A stretch of 64,000 nt of DNA, taken from IMG/VR virus record IMGVR_UViG_3300009594_000003, positions 21,652 to 85,651 of that record, one strand, 5' to 3'. This DNA is from a virus. A model generated the notes under the pieces. That model was not told the DNA's origin, ran no database searches, and saw only the letters and a list, made by a program, of their open reading frames with translations. Position numbers and translations under genes: made by a program. Shown here piece by piece: positions 29,780 to 40,123 of this stretch (position 1 is the first letter of the stretch; each line of letters begins with the position of its first letter).

Positions 29780-30307
29780 TCATTTCTTCTTCGGGCCTCT
29801 CTTGAGTGGGACTGGTTTCATCTTCTCAACGTGTCGGTCCTTGGTGTGTTTCACTTGATGCATCATGTTACGAAGGTCTGCCACGATGTCTCCAGCGTTG
29901 TCGCCGGTCTTGTGGTTGGCCTGGATGCTGACCGTCTTGCGATCTTTGTTGTAGAATCCCTTCGACATAACGAACGATCCATGATCATGATTCGGATTAT
30001 AGCTTACTATACCGACCCATTCGCCGTCATCCCAATTTCTGGTAGAAACAAGAATTCGGATTGGTTTGTCATCGAACACCTGTTTGATATGGTAGCCATC
30101 TTGCTTTAAGGCAGCACTGACATAACCAAGGCAGATTTTGGCAAACGCTTCTTTGACTTCATCGATTTTGCTACGGAAGTTTACCTCGACACTATATCTG
30201 GTGGTCGTTACTGCCTCGTTCAGAGATGCAATATCTCCCAGCCACTCGTTTAGAGAGGTAGATTCCTTGATCGTTCTCTTCGCAAAATAGTCTATAAATG
30301 AAATCAT
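29780..30307 (-). CDS. hypothetical protein
   Basis: 175-aa ORF downstream of the neck gene; ISFIDYF..IKE leader. Confidence 0.65.
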   Translation of the reverse strand: MISFIDYFAKRTIKESTSLNEWLGDIASLNEAVTTTRYSVEVNFRSKIDEVKEAFAKICLGYVSAALKQDGYHIKQVFDDKPIRILVSTRNWDDGEWVGIVSYNPNHDHGSFVMSKGFYNKDRKTVSIQANHKTGDNAGDIVADLRNMMHQVKHTKDRHVEKMKPVPLKRGPKKK

Positions 30308-30308
30308 C

Positions 30309-31193
30309 TTAATCCATAGTTATTGGTAGTATATCGCCGAACTTATAAATCAAGTCCTCGAACCACTTCTGCCTGTCCTCTCTCGCCTCTTGGATCAACT
30401 GATCCCCGTCTAGCTGCACCCCGCCGTTTGGACCGGGCGGATTCTTGATTCTGCCTCTAATCCTTCCAAGTATCTCCTTAGCATAGGTCAAAGCTCCCTC
30501 GTTCATGGCCTGAGTAACCTCTGCCCAATCTTTGCATTTCTGTAGGTAGTGTACGATGACCTTCTGGGCTTTAGATGGCACAGGATAAAGTTTGATGTGC
30601 TTTAGACCACCAACCCACTCCCAACCGCCCAAGTTGGACGATATTCTAGAGAACATCTGCTCATACTGTTTGTATAGTACCCACTCGCCCATCCTTCCCC
30701 AAATCGGCTGTACCGGGTCTATCAGGCCCCCTTGAATCGAAGCGTAACTACCGCCTGGATAGAAATACTCGATAGGAATAGCTCCGTCTAAATCTGAAGC
30801 CTGGAAAGCAAAGTTGCCAGTTTCCTTGTAGTAGACGTTCCTAATCAACCCCACGTCTGGCGGCATTTCATAGATGCTTTTCCCCGGAGTGGTAATGAAC
30901 GTGTAGTAGGAATAGTATTCTTTCCCGGCGTAGTCTTCAAACACACGCAGAACTTCGTCTATGCAAAAGTCGAGGTTCTGTTCATCTAGTTCTAGTTTTA
31001 GGGTGGGGGCACCCAGCATATGAAGAATGTATTCTCTGATTTCCTGACGTACTTTTTCACGATTAGGGCGTGGGCCAACACCCTTGTATCTGGTGTTGCC
31101 ACTAGGAGAACAGGACGAAGCACAGGCACCAGAGGCCATTGCCTGAGCGGAAGGACGACCAATGACCAAAGTATTGTTGCCGCAATTACTCAT
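30309..31193 (-). CDS. neck protein (T4 gp13-like)
   Basis: EYILHMLGAP..KLELDEQN, AKEILGRIRG...PGPNGGVQLDGDQL. Confidence 0.8.
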   Translation of the reverse strand: MSNCGNNTLVIGRPSAQAMASGACASSCSPSGNTRYKGVGPRPNREKVRQEIREYILHMLGAPTLKLELDEQNLDFCIDEVLRVFEDYAGKEYYSYYTFITTPGKSIYEMPPDVGLIRNVYYKETGNFAFQASDLDGAIPIEYFYPGGSYASIQGGLIDPVQPIWGRMGEWVLYKQYEQMFSRISSNLGGWEWVGGLKHIKLYPVPSKAQKVIVHYLQKCKDWAEVTQAMNEGALTYAKEILGRIRGRIKNPPGPNGGVQLDGDQLIQEAREDRQKWFEDLIYKFGDILPITMD

Positions 31194-31209
31194 AGTGAAA
31201 TATATAGAA

Positions 31210-31725
31210 TCAAGACTTGTGATATTCGCCAAGCCTCGGAACGATATACCTGTTTGCTATGTCAAGCCATTGCGATTCGGTAAAAAAGTTACTCTTGAGG
31301 TTGTTACACCTGTGACATGCTAAGCAAATGTTGTCCATAGTATAACCACTGGCGTTATCTTTCCGGTCCACTGTCATTAGTGATTTTTTACGCTTCGTCG
31401 CTTTTAGAATCGCCTCAGATACACCACAGTAATAACAGACCTTGCTCTGCCCGTTGTACCAACTAGCAAACTCGTCTCTAGACATGTCTACCAACAAACC
31501 ACGCTGTTTTGCAGTCGTTTTAATAGACGAGTACCTAAGTTTCCCTTGATCGTATGCTTCTCGGTGTTGCTTATACCTCATCTTACGCCATCTGTCACGG
31601 TTTTTATTCAAGCATTTGTTGCATAGAACAGTTGACCGTGGGCTAATGGAATTTGGGCACTGCTTGCAAAGTCCTGCCAATCTTCTCTTCTTGGTTCTTT
31701 CTATTTGGCGTTCTTTATTTGCCAT
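31210..31725 (-). CDS. HNH endonuclease
   Basis: CYYCG...VDRKDNASGY..DNICLACHRCNNLKS. Confidence 0.8.
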   Translation of the reverse strand: MANKERQIERTKKRRLAGLCKQCPNSISPRSTVLCNKCLNKNRDRWRKMRYKQHREAYDQGKLRYSSIKTTAKQRGLLVDMSRDEFASWYNGQSKVCYYCGVSEAILKATKRKKSLMTVDRKDNASGYTMDNICLACHRCNNLKSNFFTESQWLDIANRYIVPRLGEYHKS

Positions 31726-31810
31726 GATAGCCTCCTATATATTGGTAGAATACAACTATGTTATCATAGTTAAAAACTGAAAACACTATGGTAATTTTTG
31801 GAAGTGAGAT

Positions 31811-34801
31811 ATGGGCCTAACTAGATTTCTTGAATTTGCTGAAAACCAGGAGAGAAACCAGTCGCAGGGAGTTGTTGCGTTCGGAGCCTACTGGCCTGGA
31901 ATCGAGAACGTTGGCTTGTTTCCACAGACGTTCACCGAGGCTGATAAAGTAGATGTTGTTACCACATCGAAGACACCGATCATGTTTGATATCGATGATG
32001 TCGAGTGGTTGTCGCAATTCCCTCCACAGTTCGCCACAGCAGCACTAGCAATGCGATACGGCTCGCTACTCGTATGGGCTGTAGAAAAAATGAAGAAAGG
32101 GGAACCGATCCCAGATCGTGCCCCCATTACATTCATTGACAGGAACACCAGTATAGAATTCAGCAAGAGTCTGGATGGGGAAGAGGACATCCCCCTTGGC
32201 ATGGACAAACTAATCAAGAGATTGACCAAATCAAGAGACCTTGAGGCATTCCACAGGATGAAGCCCGGCGAGCGTGACAAATACAAAGGCGGCACGCTCG
32301 GATATAACCTAGAGAACATCTTCACAAACCCGCAAACGGGAGAGAAGTTCGCCGACGCATATATCGCCATGACCCAGCTAACCGCACGACAGGTTATGGA
32401 GGCATGGAGACACGGTATGACTGCCGGGTTTTTGAAGAAGGGCGATCCTTTCTCTATGCACGCCCAATTCCAACAAGTGGGCTTTGGCGGTGGGGCACCA
32501 AAGGAAGAGCGAGCGGTCCTGCTAGATTGGGATGGTACACTGAGACAGCAATCTCCAGCGGGTTTGTGGCTACCAGTTAGAACCGGCGAGTTCCTTAGCG
32601 ATAAGATCAAGTCTCCGATCACCGACCGTGGCGAGGTTCTTTATCGCTTCGAGCGAGATGGCACCCCACAGGAAGTTAGAGCTTTCGTACCGGCTTGGCA
32701 ACCAGGACGCTTGGTAGACTTGGCCTCTGTTCACCAATACAACAACCTGATTGATGAAGTAAACAGGCTGATGCAGTTACATGGCGATCCCAACCATAAG
32801 TCCATCAGGGCGGTTGTGAACGATGCTCGTTCGGTTATTCAAGGAAGCCGAACCTATGACGAGTTCGATTACAACGTCCACCGTTTCAACAAGGAAACGG
32901 ATGAAAAAGGACACAGGCTCTATCCTCGTCTTTACACACACAATACGGCTGGCATAGGCATAGTTCAGCCACACGCCAATCAGCCAGAGACGATCCAGGG
33001 CACCAAAAAAGATGCAGACACAATCAGGAGCTTCTTCCATATCCACCAGGGTAGTTCCGCACAACCACTGACTATGGACCCAAGTGGCTCCTTGGCCCCA
33101 GCTAGTGCAGTTGGAAGTGGCATCAAAGACTTCATCTATGATCTACTAAAAAAGTACAACGACCCAGAGGGGGCTACTACGCTTAACTCAATGTACGATG
33201 ACATCTTCCAGGTAGCCTCTAGTTACCTAGAACGGTTGGCTGGAGAGCCTCTATGGGCCGACGCTGCCCGAATTCTGCGTGACAAAGAGGCTGACCCCGA
33301 TGACAAGGAGAGAATCTACAAGAAGACGGCCAAGGATATTCGCAGAACCATAAAGCACTGGACTAGTGCCCTATGGCAATTGGATTGGGGCCAAGGCACT
33401 CGCCGACAAAGACAAGCACGAGCAAAGAAAACCGCAAATGCTGTGGCAAGGCAAACACTTGAACTGCGAGACGAGATAGCTCAGGGCGGCAAGAGTCATG
33501 GCTTGTCCGATGAGGATTTGGCTAGACTGCGAAGCGGACGGCTCCCTGGAGAACGTAATACCGAGGTAAGGCCAGAGTCTCCTCGCATCGGAAAAGGCAA
33601 TTTGCCTGCAAGTATGTCGGAGATTGGAATCGGCCATCACATCGCAACTATCAGAAGGCGTGCCGCAGATATTGCCGCTAGATCGGCTGCATTACAACAA
33701 GAGAGACAGTCTGGAATGGGTAAGATAGACCTGAAAACCATGATGGACTCTCTAGCAAAAGATGCTCAGAACAGAAACTCTATTTTCAACCAACTAGTGC
33801 AAGCATACATCTTCACACAGATTCAAAGTAGTAATCTAGATTTTGACATGCGTGCTGCCTACGATTGGGCGGATATAGAGATGGATAAGATTCTCAAAGG
33901 TAGCGGCATCAAGGTAGAAAAGGGTATTGACCAACTAATAGCAGCAGACGATAAGGAACTCGATGCCGAAATGTCGGCTCTCAAGCAAGAGATTATCAAG
34001 TTGGTAGATGAAGTCAAGGATATGGTGGGCGATGAAACTATGTCTCCTGCTGTACGTGAATTCTTCAAACAGTACCCGATCTCCGAACTTATCGAAAACC
34101 CGGAAATGATAAAGAGGGCATACGAGGAACTAAACGAACTTGAAAGAGGCGAAGTGCTTGATGACGACGACTTCGGCCTAATCAAAGATTTCCTAGCGGA
34201 CGCCAAAAAGCACGCAGATGCCCTCAAGGGTAAGGATACCATGTCTATTGCTGACAAAGCTAGACACGCCAAACATCTCGGCGACGAAGGCAAGTCGGCA
34301 ACATCGGAACTAGAAGATTTTCAGGTTAAACTACAAAGTACAGAGTACCTAGAAGCTATAGCCAAGTCTCAGGAGAAATACAAAAGACTGAAGAAAATAG
34401 CATTAGCTCATCCAGAACTGCCTCTGCTAATGACGGCGATTCACAAAATAGAGGAGATGATGCAGGGCAAGGGTCAGACTGTGCCTACGGTACAGCCAAA
34501 GCTGGTGAGTCAACCTGCACCGTCTACGGCTTCTACAGAGAAGATCGATCCTGATTACTTCCTCGCTGATCTGCAAAGAATAGGAGCAATTGCCAGGAAC
34601 GAACAGTTCTTAGACAAAATCAGGAGACTAGCAATAACTTACCCAGAAGAACCTAGATGGCAACAGATCATCGATCAGGCCGAGCAGATGAAGAAAGGCA
34701 CCACGCCTATATCTCAACAGAAACCGGTTCGTCCGAGGATCGCAAAAAAGAAACCGGCTGAAAAGCCAGGAGGAAACCTATCACAAGGAACGCTATTCTA
34801 A
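31811..34801 (+). CDS. large hypothetical protein (996 aa), probable virion/ejected protein
   Basis: long ORF, helical C-terminal half, RFLEFAE leader. Confidence 0.7.
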   Translation: MGLTRFLEFAENQERNQSQGVVAFGAYWPGIENVGLFPQTFTEADKVDVVTTSKTPIMFDIDDVEWLSQFPPQFATAALAMRYGSLLVWAVEKMKKGEPIPDRAPITFIDRNTSIEFSKSLDGEEDIPLGMDKLIKRLTKSRDLEAFHRMKPGERDKYKGGTLGYNLENIFTNPQTGEKFADAYIAMTQLTARQVMEAWRHGMTAGFLKKGDPFSMHAQFQQVGFGGGAPKEERAVLLDWDGTLRQQSPAGLWLPVRTGEFLSDKIKSPITDRGEVLYRFERDGTPQEVRAFVPAWQPGRLVDLASVHQYNNLIDEVNRLMQLHGDPNHKSIRAVVNDARSVIQGSRTYDEFDYNVHRFNKETDEKGHRLYPRLYTHNTAGIGIVQPHANQPETIQGTKKDADTIRSFFHIHQGSSAQPLTMDPSGSLAPASAVGSGIKDFIYDLLKKYNDPEGATTLNSMYDDIFQVASSYLERLAGEPLWADAARILRDKEADPDDKERIYKKTAKDIRRTIKHWTSALWQLDWGQGTRRQRQARAKKTANAVARQTLELRDEIAQGGKSHGLSDEDLARLRSGRLPGERNTEVRPESPRIGKGNLPASMSEIGIGHHIATIRRRAADIAARSAALQQERQSGMGKIDLKTMMDSLAKDAQNRNSIFNQLVQAYIFTQIQSSNLDFDMRAAYDWADIEMDKILKGSGIKVEKGIDQLIAADDKELDAEMSALKQEIIKLVDEVKDMVGDETMSPAVREFFKQYPISELIENPEMIKRAYEELNELERGEVLDDDDFGLIKDFLADAKKHADALKGKDTMSIADKARHAKHLGDEGKSATSELEDFQVKLQSTEYLEAIAKSQEKYKRLKKIALAHPELPLLMTAIHKIEEMMQGKGQTVPTVQPKLVSQPAPSTASTEKIDPDYFLADLQRIGAIARNEQFLDKIRRLAITYPEEPRWQQIIDQAEQMKKGTTPISQQKPVRPRIAKKKPAEKPGGNLSQGTLF

Positions 34802-34963
34802 ACTTCAAAGACTGGCTGTTAAAACGTGAAATGGTTGGAACCGATACCATCTATGATCCCAAGGTAAAGCCCAGAACCTTCAACTGGTGGGGTGCGGTCG
34901 GCAATACTGGTATTTCTATAGAGGGCGACCCTATCAAATCCAAGAAATCAAGGAAAAAGAAGA

Positions 34964-35302
34964 ATGGCTAATATAGTAGACTTCTTCAACGCCCTGTCTA
35001 ATCCCTATAAACTAGCTCTGAAAAAGAATGTGTACGAGATCATCAAAGATCGGTATGATAAGGATATAGATGAGGTTATAGATAGAATCACTTTCACCAT
35101 CAGTACAGAGGCGGATTACAAGAAACTAGGTAAGCTAATAGCCGCCATCTTTGAGAGTGGTTATTTTAGGTCTCTAGATCAGTACCAAGAACAGCTTAGA
35201 AAACTAGGCGTCAACATCACGGTCCAACCAGAACCACAAACGCAAGAACACAAATCCATATTTCCTAATCAGAAAAATCAGGCGTGTAGTCAGAAGGAAT
35301 AG
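34964..35302 (+). CDS. hypothetical protein
   Basis: 112-aa ORF. Confidence 0.6.
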   Translation: MANIVDFFNALSNPYKLALKKNVYEIIKDRYDKDIDEVIDRITFTISTEADYKKLGKLIAAIFESGYFRSLDQYQEQLRKLGVNITVQPEPQTQEHKSIFPNQKNQACSQKE

Positions 35303-35891
35303 TTTTGTAGAGTACGCCGTTCGCTTTGGGCTGACTATCTACAACTTTCCACCACCTGAATTCATTGTATTTCTTGCCAGTTCTATATCTGGCTGGGTAT
35401 ACCACAGAATCCTTTGGAATCTGAAGATTGGTCCAAAACGTCATGGCTATGTCGATATTATCGACTATGATCCCTTCAAATGTGAATTTCTTGCCACGTT
35501 CAACTCTCTTGTACTTGTCGCCGTACAGGTCATCTTTCGTCTCACGCAAGACAACCGGCTGACAGTGGAAAATCACGATGTTTTGGGTATTAACCCTGTA
35601 CTTTGGTTTCGGTTCTTCTGCCACAACAGGATTCGCCAATTCCGCCTCGACAGGAGCGGGTTCCTGTTGAATAATCACCGGTTCCTCTTTTGGCTTGATG
35701 ACCATCGGTTTTATCTTGATGGGCGTTTTGATAGGCACAACTGCCTCTTCTGGCTGAGTAGATTGTTCTACCCGCCAACGGCAATTGTGTAGAACCAGCT
35801 TGTCTTCAGGCCCCCAAACTACCTGATCTATGGTAAGTTTGTTCGGTCCTTTCAAGCGATAAGGTGTCCCGTCTTTATTGGTTATAGGCAT
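35265..35891 (-). CDS. hypothetical protein
   Basis: N-terminus NKDGTPY shared with the 41015 protein; TAGATA upstream. Confidence 0.65.
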   Translation of the reverse strand: MPITNKDGTPYRLKGPNKLTIDQVVWGPEDKLVLHNCRWRVEQSTQPEEAVVPIKTPIKIKPMVIKPKEEPVIIQQEPAPVEAELANPVVAEEPKPKYRVNTQNIVIFHCQPVVLRETKDDLYGDKYKRVERGKKFTFEGIIVDNIDIAMTFWTNLQIPKDSVVYPARYRTGKKYNEFRWWKVVDSQPKANGVLYKTIPSDYTPDFSD

Positions 35892-35964
35892 ACCACTATC
35901 TACGCTTTACACAAGGTAAATGATTTCGTACAATGCCTGAGCTTTTACTTTGGAAGAAGTAAGC

Positions 35965-37241
35965 ACGAAACGTATTTTTGCGATATTGCTGGCTGTTGGG
36001 ATGGTAGCCTTTGCTGCCCACGGCCAAACCATCGATACACAATTCAAAGGCAGCGGAAGCTCGAAACCATCAGGTTCGAGTTCCTCGAAGCCATCTGGAA
36101 GTAGCTCAAAGCCCTCTACTAGAAGCAGTAGCTCGAAGCCTTCTACCGGCAGCAGCAGTTCCAAGTCCTCTACTGGAAGCAGTAGTTCAAAGCCCTCTAC
36201 TGGAAACAGTAGCTCGAAGCCTTCTACCGGCAGCAGTTCCAAGTCCTCTACCGGAAGTAACTCGAAGTCATCTACGCCTCCGGGTGGCAGTAGCTCGAAG
36301 CCATCTACTCCTCCAGGTAGTAGCAGTTCTAAGCCGTCTGTAACCCCGCCAAGCGGCAGTAGCACCAAACCTGGAAGTTCATCGCCTTCGGTGAAACCGG
36401 GCACCATGCCTCCGAGCAGCCCGTCTGTAAGGCCGGATGGCAAGACGCCGAGTGGCACGGTAAAGAAGGACGATACCAAGCCAGGGGCTTCCGTTCGTCC
36501 CAACACTGACGATGCGATTCCAACAGGCCCTTCGGGTAAGCCGGTAAATCCGAAGAGCGTCGGAGGCAAAACCTACGACGACGCTGCGGCTGCCGCCGCT
36601 GCAAGAGCCAAGTCAAAAGAGAATTTCCAGAAAGCCCAAACTGCGAAGGCTGAATACACCGACCCGAAAGGCAAGGTCGTAAAGATCGACAGTGCTGCCC
36701 CCAAACTGCAACTGTACGAAATAAACTTGATGCCGACAGCTATCGAACCAGATCAACTCGTGTCGAGCATCACTACCATCATCACTACGGCCCCCGATAC
36801 AGCTACTACTGTAGTCAACCCTACGTGTACATCGGCGGCGGCTACTTTCCCCTGTTCTGGTACGTCATGCTGGACTAGTCGCTCAAACGTCGAGCGGCGT
36901 GGTTCTACCACAATCAACATGTCATGGATCAGGCCCTATACCAAAAGTCTCTTGCCGAAAACACAACCCTGCGTCTTGAAATCGAGAAAATGAAAGCTCG
37001 CAATGTGGCAGTCAACGCTGCTTACATCGATCCTGAGTTTGCAGAAAATCCCAATTTGATGTACACTCAGGAACACATCGACGTCGTGTATAACCCGGTT
37101 CACGACGATGACCCCGTTGTCCACGTCGTTTACCACGGAGACGGTAGCGGTGGATGGATCGTGCTGTGGGTGCTACTCGGCATCCTGGTAGTCGTACTCA
37201 TCGTCTGCCTCATCTTCATCAAGAACTGGAAGGAGTACCAA
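35965..37241 (+). pseudogene. Ser-rich exported membrane protein, disrupted
   Basis: signal peptide behind ACG (lost ATG), SSSSKPSTG repeats, frameshift ~36700, TAG at 36876, C-terminal TM. Confidence 0.65.
36050..36370 (+). repeat. degenerate tandem repeats encoding GSSSSKPST
   Basis: repeated 24-27 bp units such as GGCAGCAGCAGTTCCAAGTCCTCTACT. Confidence 0.8.
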
Positions 37242-37892
37242 ATGCCGACTCTATGGGAAATGCTGACCAAAAAGAAAGAGAAGGCCATCTCACAAGATGA
37301 GGTCTTCTACAATCCGCTTAAATTGCGGATCGGCAATCACATCAAGGTCAACAACCTCGATCTGGGCAAGCTGTCCTTCAGTTTGACCAACATGAGGGTG
37401 GTCGAGCGAAACATCGACGGCCAGAGTTTCCGCTTCGCCGACTACGATCTGACTGCCCGACCGCTCGATGGTGAACCGGTACACCAACGTATCCGGGTGA
37501 CGCCTCATGACGACAGAACCTTCGGTGTATTGCTGCTCAAGCACTTCACCGGTTTTGGGTACGATGAAGGCTACCATAAGGGCCTCGCCTTTGAGAATAA
37601 CAAGGGTGAAGCTTACGAGCCGGAATGGGATGGCCGGTATTGGCGTGTCAACGACGTACAAACCGAGTGGAACGCCAAGACCGACACACTCACCGACGCC
37701 AACAGCGACGGTTTCATTTCCAAGAGCGAAGTCAAGCACGGCAAGCTCACGTATTGGGACTTCTGGCGTGAGACCAACATCGAAGGTCTCAAGGTGCTGG
37801 AGTTCTACATCGTGGAAATGAACGGCGAAGACGGCTGGTTCGATATCTGGGTGGGCCAGGAGATCGATCCAAACCGTGTCGAGGTCATCTAG
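37242..37892 (+). CDS. hypothetical protein
   Basis: internal AGGAG + ATG (MPTLWEML) within ORF 36924..37892. Confidence 0.6.
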   Translation: MPTLWEMLTKKKEKAISQDEVFYNPLKLRIGNHIKVNNLDLGKLSFSLTNMRVVERNIDGQSFRFADYDLTARPLDGEPVHQRIRVTPHDDRTFGVLLLKHFTGFGYDEGYHKGLAFENNKGEAYEPEWDGRYWRVNDVQTEWNAKTDTLTDANSDGFISKSEVKHGKLTYWDFWRETNIEGLKVLEFYIVEMNGEDGWFDIWVGQEIDPNRVEVI

Positions 37893-38107
37893 CAGCCCAA
37901 GGACGATATATTATGATACCCAAAATGAACACGCAGACCCGAAAAGTGGTACGAGTTACGACCGAGGAGTTTGAGTTGGACGACGGGCAGATATTCCCGC
38001 ATGTCGTTGAACTTGCCCCCCGACGAAGTTCCCACTATGGAGGAGTTTCAGGCTACCTACGACCACTGGAGGACCGTGATTGCGAATGAATTGAAAGAAT
38101 AGACAAA

Positions 38108-39200
38108 ATGAACAAACTGGTGAACATCAGCCAGGCAGCCGAGATGCTTGGCGTCTCCACCAAAATACTATGCCTATGGGATGGTGAAGGTAAGGTAGAG
38201 GCAGTTAGAACGGCAGACTTCGGGGTATACGAGCAGTCACGGTGTTACAATAGAATGAATGGACAGTGGGCAGAGTAAGACCTACGAGCAAGAGTTAGTT
38301 AATGACATGATTTCGCCTATGTCGTCCTTCTCCAGCAAGATTTACGGCAAGCATTCAGCCGAGAACCGCAAATGCCGTAAATTGGAAAAGTTAGCAGCGT
38401 TGAGACAGTTGCCGATGGGGGCGGCTGTGCCTGTAGATGTGGAAGAAATACATGAACCAACCGGCATACTGGAAACTGGACAGCAAGATCAAGGCGAGGC
38501 AGAAGAATGTGGCAACGTACCAGAAATTAACCAGGCGGAACTCATTACCTACTGACCGTGGCTACTGAACACTCTGCAACTACCAACCGCCCTACGAAAG
38601 CGGCACGAAGATTGTGCAACTTGAAGAACTTGGGCACTGGTTGGTGCTATGTATGCTCACCCTGACAAGTTCACTCATATTCCAATCGTGGATGAGTGGG
38701 TAGTGATTGCCGAAGAACTTGCTGCTAAGAGCGGTGGCGTTCTCCCTTACGCTCGCTGGTTGCAGGCAGAGAATGGATGAGGTTGCTAAAGAAGTAATAC
38801 AGCAACCAGATGTGAAAATGGTCGTAATGGAAGACTTGAAAAAGTTAAACCACAAGATCAAATTCAGACGCCGCCTGAGTAAAAATATGCGGCAGTCGCT
38901 CGGTACATGGGCGTATCGTTACTGGCTGAACCGGATACAAATGGCAACTGAGGATAACCGTGTTAGTCTTCGTCATGTTCCACCGGCATATACCAGTCAG
39001 CGATGCAGTGCATGTGGTCATATTGAGCGGAGAAACCGAAATGGTGAGAAGTTCTTGTGCAGGAAGTGTGCTACGCCTGCAATGCAGATGTGAATGCTGC
39101 CAAGAACATTGAGTTCCGGTGTACCAGCCGACCTTACGGTGCGGCTTCCAAACCGAGAAACAGGGATTTTTGTCTAAGGTAAGATTTTCCAAGTTTTGAA
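38108..39200 (+). mobile_element. degraded IS607-family element (tnpA + tnpB remnants)
   Basis: MerR-like ISQAAEMLGVS..L..WD.EGK, ELVNDM..MSSFSSKIYG; VVMEDL, PAYTSQRCSACG, NADVNAAKNI. Confidence 0.8.
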
Positions 39201-39225
39201 GAACGATTGCGACGGTGTGACTAGA

Positions 39226-39264
39226 AAACAAAAAGGCCCGGCTTTCGCCGGGCCTTTTTGTTTT
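39226..39264. terminator. bidirectional terminator
   Basis: AAAACAAAAAGGCCCGGC-TTTC-GCCGGGCCTTTTTGTTTT. Confidence 0.9.
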
Positions 39265-39663
39265 CTAGTCTAGCGTAATCTTTGGCGTTATCTCAATCGT
39301 TCCGCCGCCAACCGGCAGCACGAATGGACCGCCTGCAAACTTCTCTGCCCATAGCAAACTTCCTGCTGGGCCGGTTATGTAGTAACCATAACACGTCACA
39401 GGATCAAGCATATTGAATTGCTGGGCTGCGTATTGTGCGGTCGTCACATTTGACACGGTAGAAACGGTCCAGCTAGCACCCGTCAGGGTCAGCGGAGAAT
39501 AACCAGAGATACCAGAAACTTCGGTGAAACTGCTGGAAATCGAGTTATCCGTTGGATCGTGGTTGTTCGTGTAAAGGTGAATGACCAAGTTGGCTGGAGC
39601 CATCTTGTTGACGATCATCTCCAACATTTTCGCTTCGCCGACATCAGGTGCAACTAGTGCCAT
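39265..39663 (-). CDS. putative virion structural protein
   Basis: LHLYTN, FTEV, YGYY, LLWAEKF pattern typical of beta-rich phage proteins. Confidence 0.6.
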   Translation of the reverse strand: MALVAPDVGEAKMLEMIVNKMAPANLVIHLYTNNHDPTDNSISSSFTEVSGISGYSPLTLTGASWTVSTVSNVTTAQYAAQQFNMLDPVTCYGYYITGPAGSLLWAEKFAGGPFVLPVGGGTIEITPKITLD

Positions 39664-39712
39664 TTTCCCTCCGTTTGTGTCCTAGATAATAGTGAATGAA
39701 GCTTAACTATAA

Positions 39713-40123
39713 ATGCCGCTGAGAGAAAAATACCGTGGGAAAAAATACATTGACATGAAACCATCTAGAGAAGAGTTGGAAAAGTACCAAAATAATCTGG
39801 CTGGAGGAGCCGGGGCGTTTGGGGTCAGTGAGCGGACCATCAGAAGATGGTTAGACGCCGAGGGTCTTTATCGACCTACGGAAGGGTATGGTCCTAACAA
39901 GCTGACTGAAAAACAGGTAGAAGAGATTAGACGCCTACATATACAGAAAAAGTACACGCAAGCTCAGCTAGGCAAGAGATTCGGCGTTACCCAAGCAACG
40001 ATAGGCAGAATACTTAATAACATCTATCACAAGAAAACCGACCTGAAACTTGGCGGGGCTGCCATCGTCAGTTTCCATGAAAAGTTTCCACCCACCGAAC
40101 TGTGCCACTCTCAGACCGCATGA
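39713..40123 (+). CDS. HTH DNA-binding protein
   Basis: FGVSERTIRRW; YTQAQLGKRFGVTQATIGRI. Confidence 0.7.
   Translation: MPLREKYRGKKYIDMKPSREELEKYQNNLAGGAGAFGVSERTIRRWLDAEGLYRPTEGYGPNKLTEKQVEEIRRLHIQKKYTQAQLGKRFGVTQATIGRILNNIYHKKTDLKLGGAAIVSFHEKFPPTELCHSQTA

Noticed and set aside
36050-36370. Possible CRISPR array
   Set aside because: Degenerate in-frame coding repeats without unique spacers; no cas genes and no array seen in the window.
35907-36569. 220-aa minus-strand ORF with GFELL repeats
   Set aside because: Antisense shadow of the Ser-rich repeat gene.
36924-37892. Single 322-aa membrane protein
   Set aside because: More likely the 3' part of the broken Ser-rich gene read through into a separate gene with its own AGGAG/ATG at 37242.
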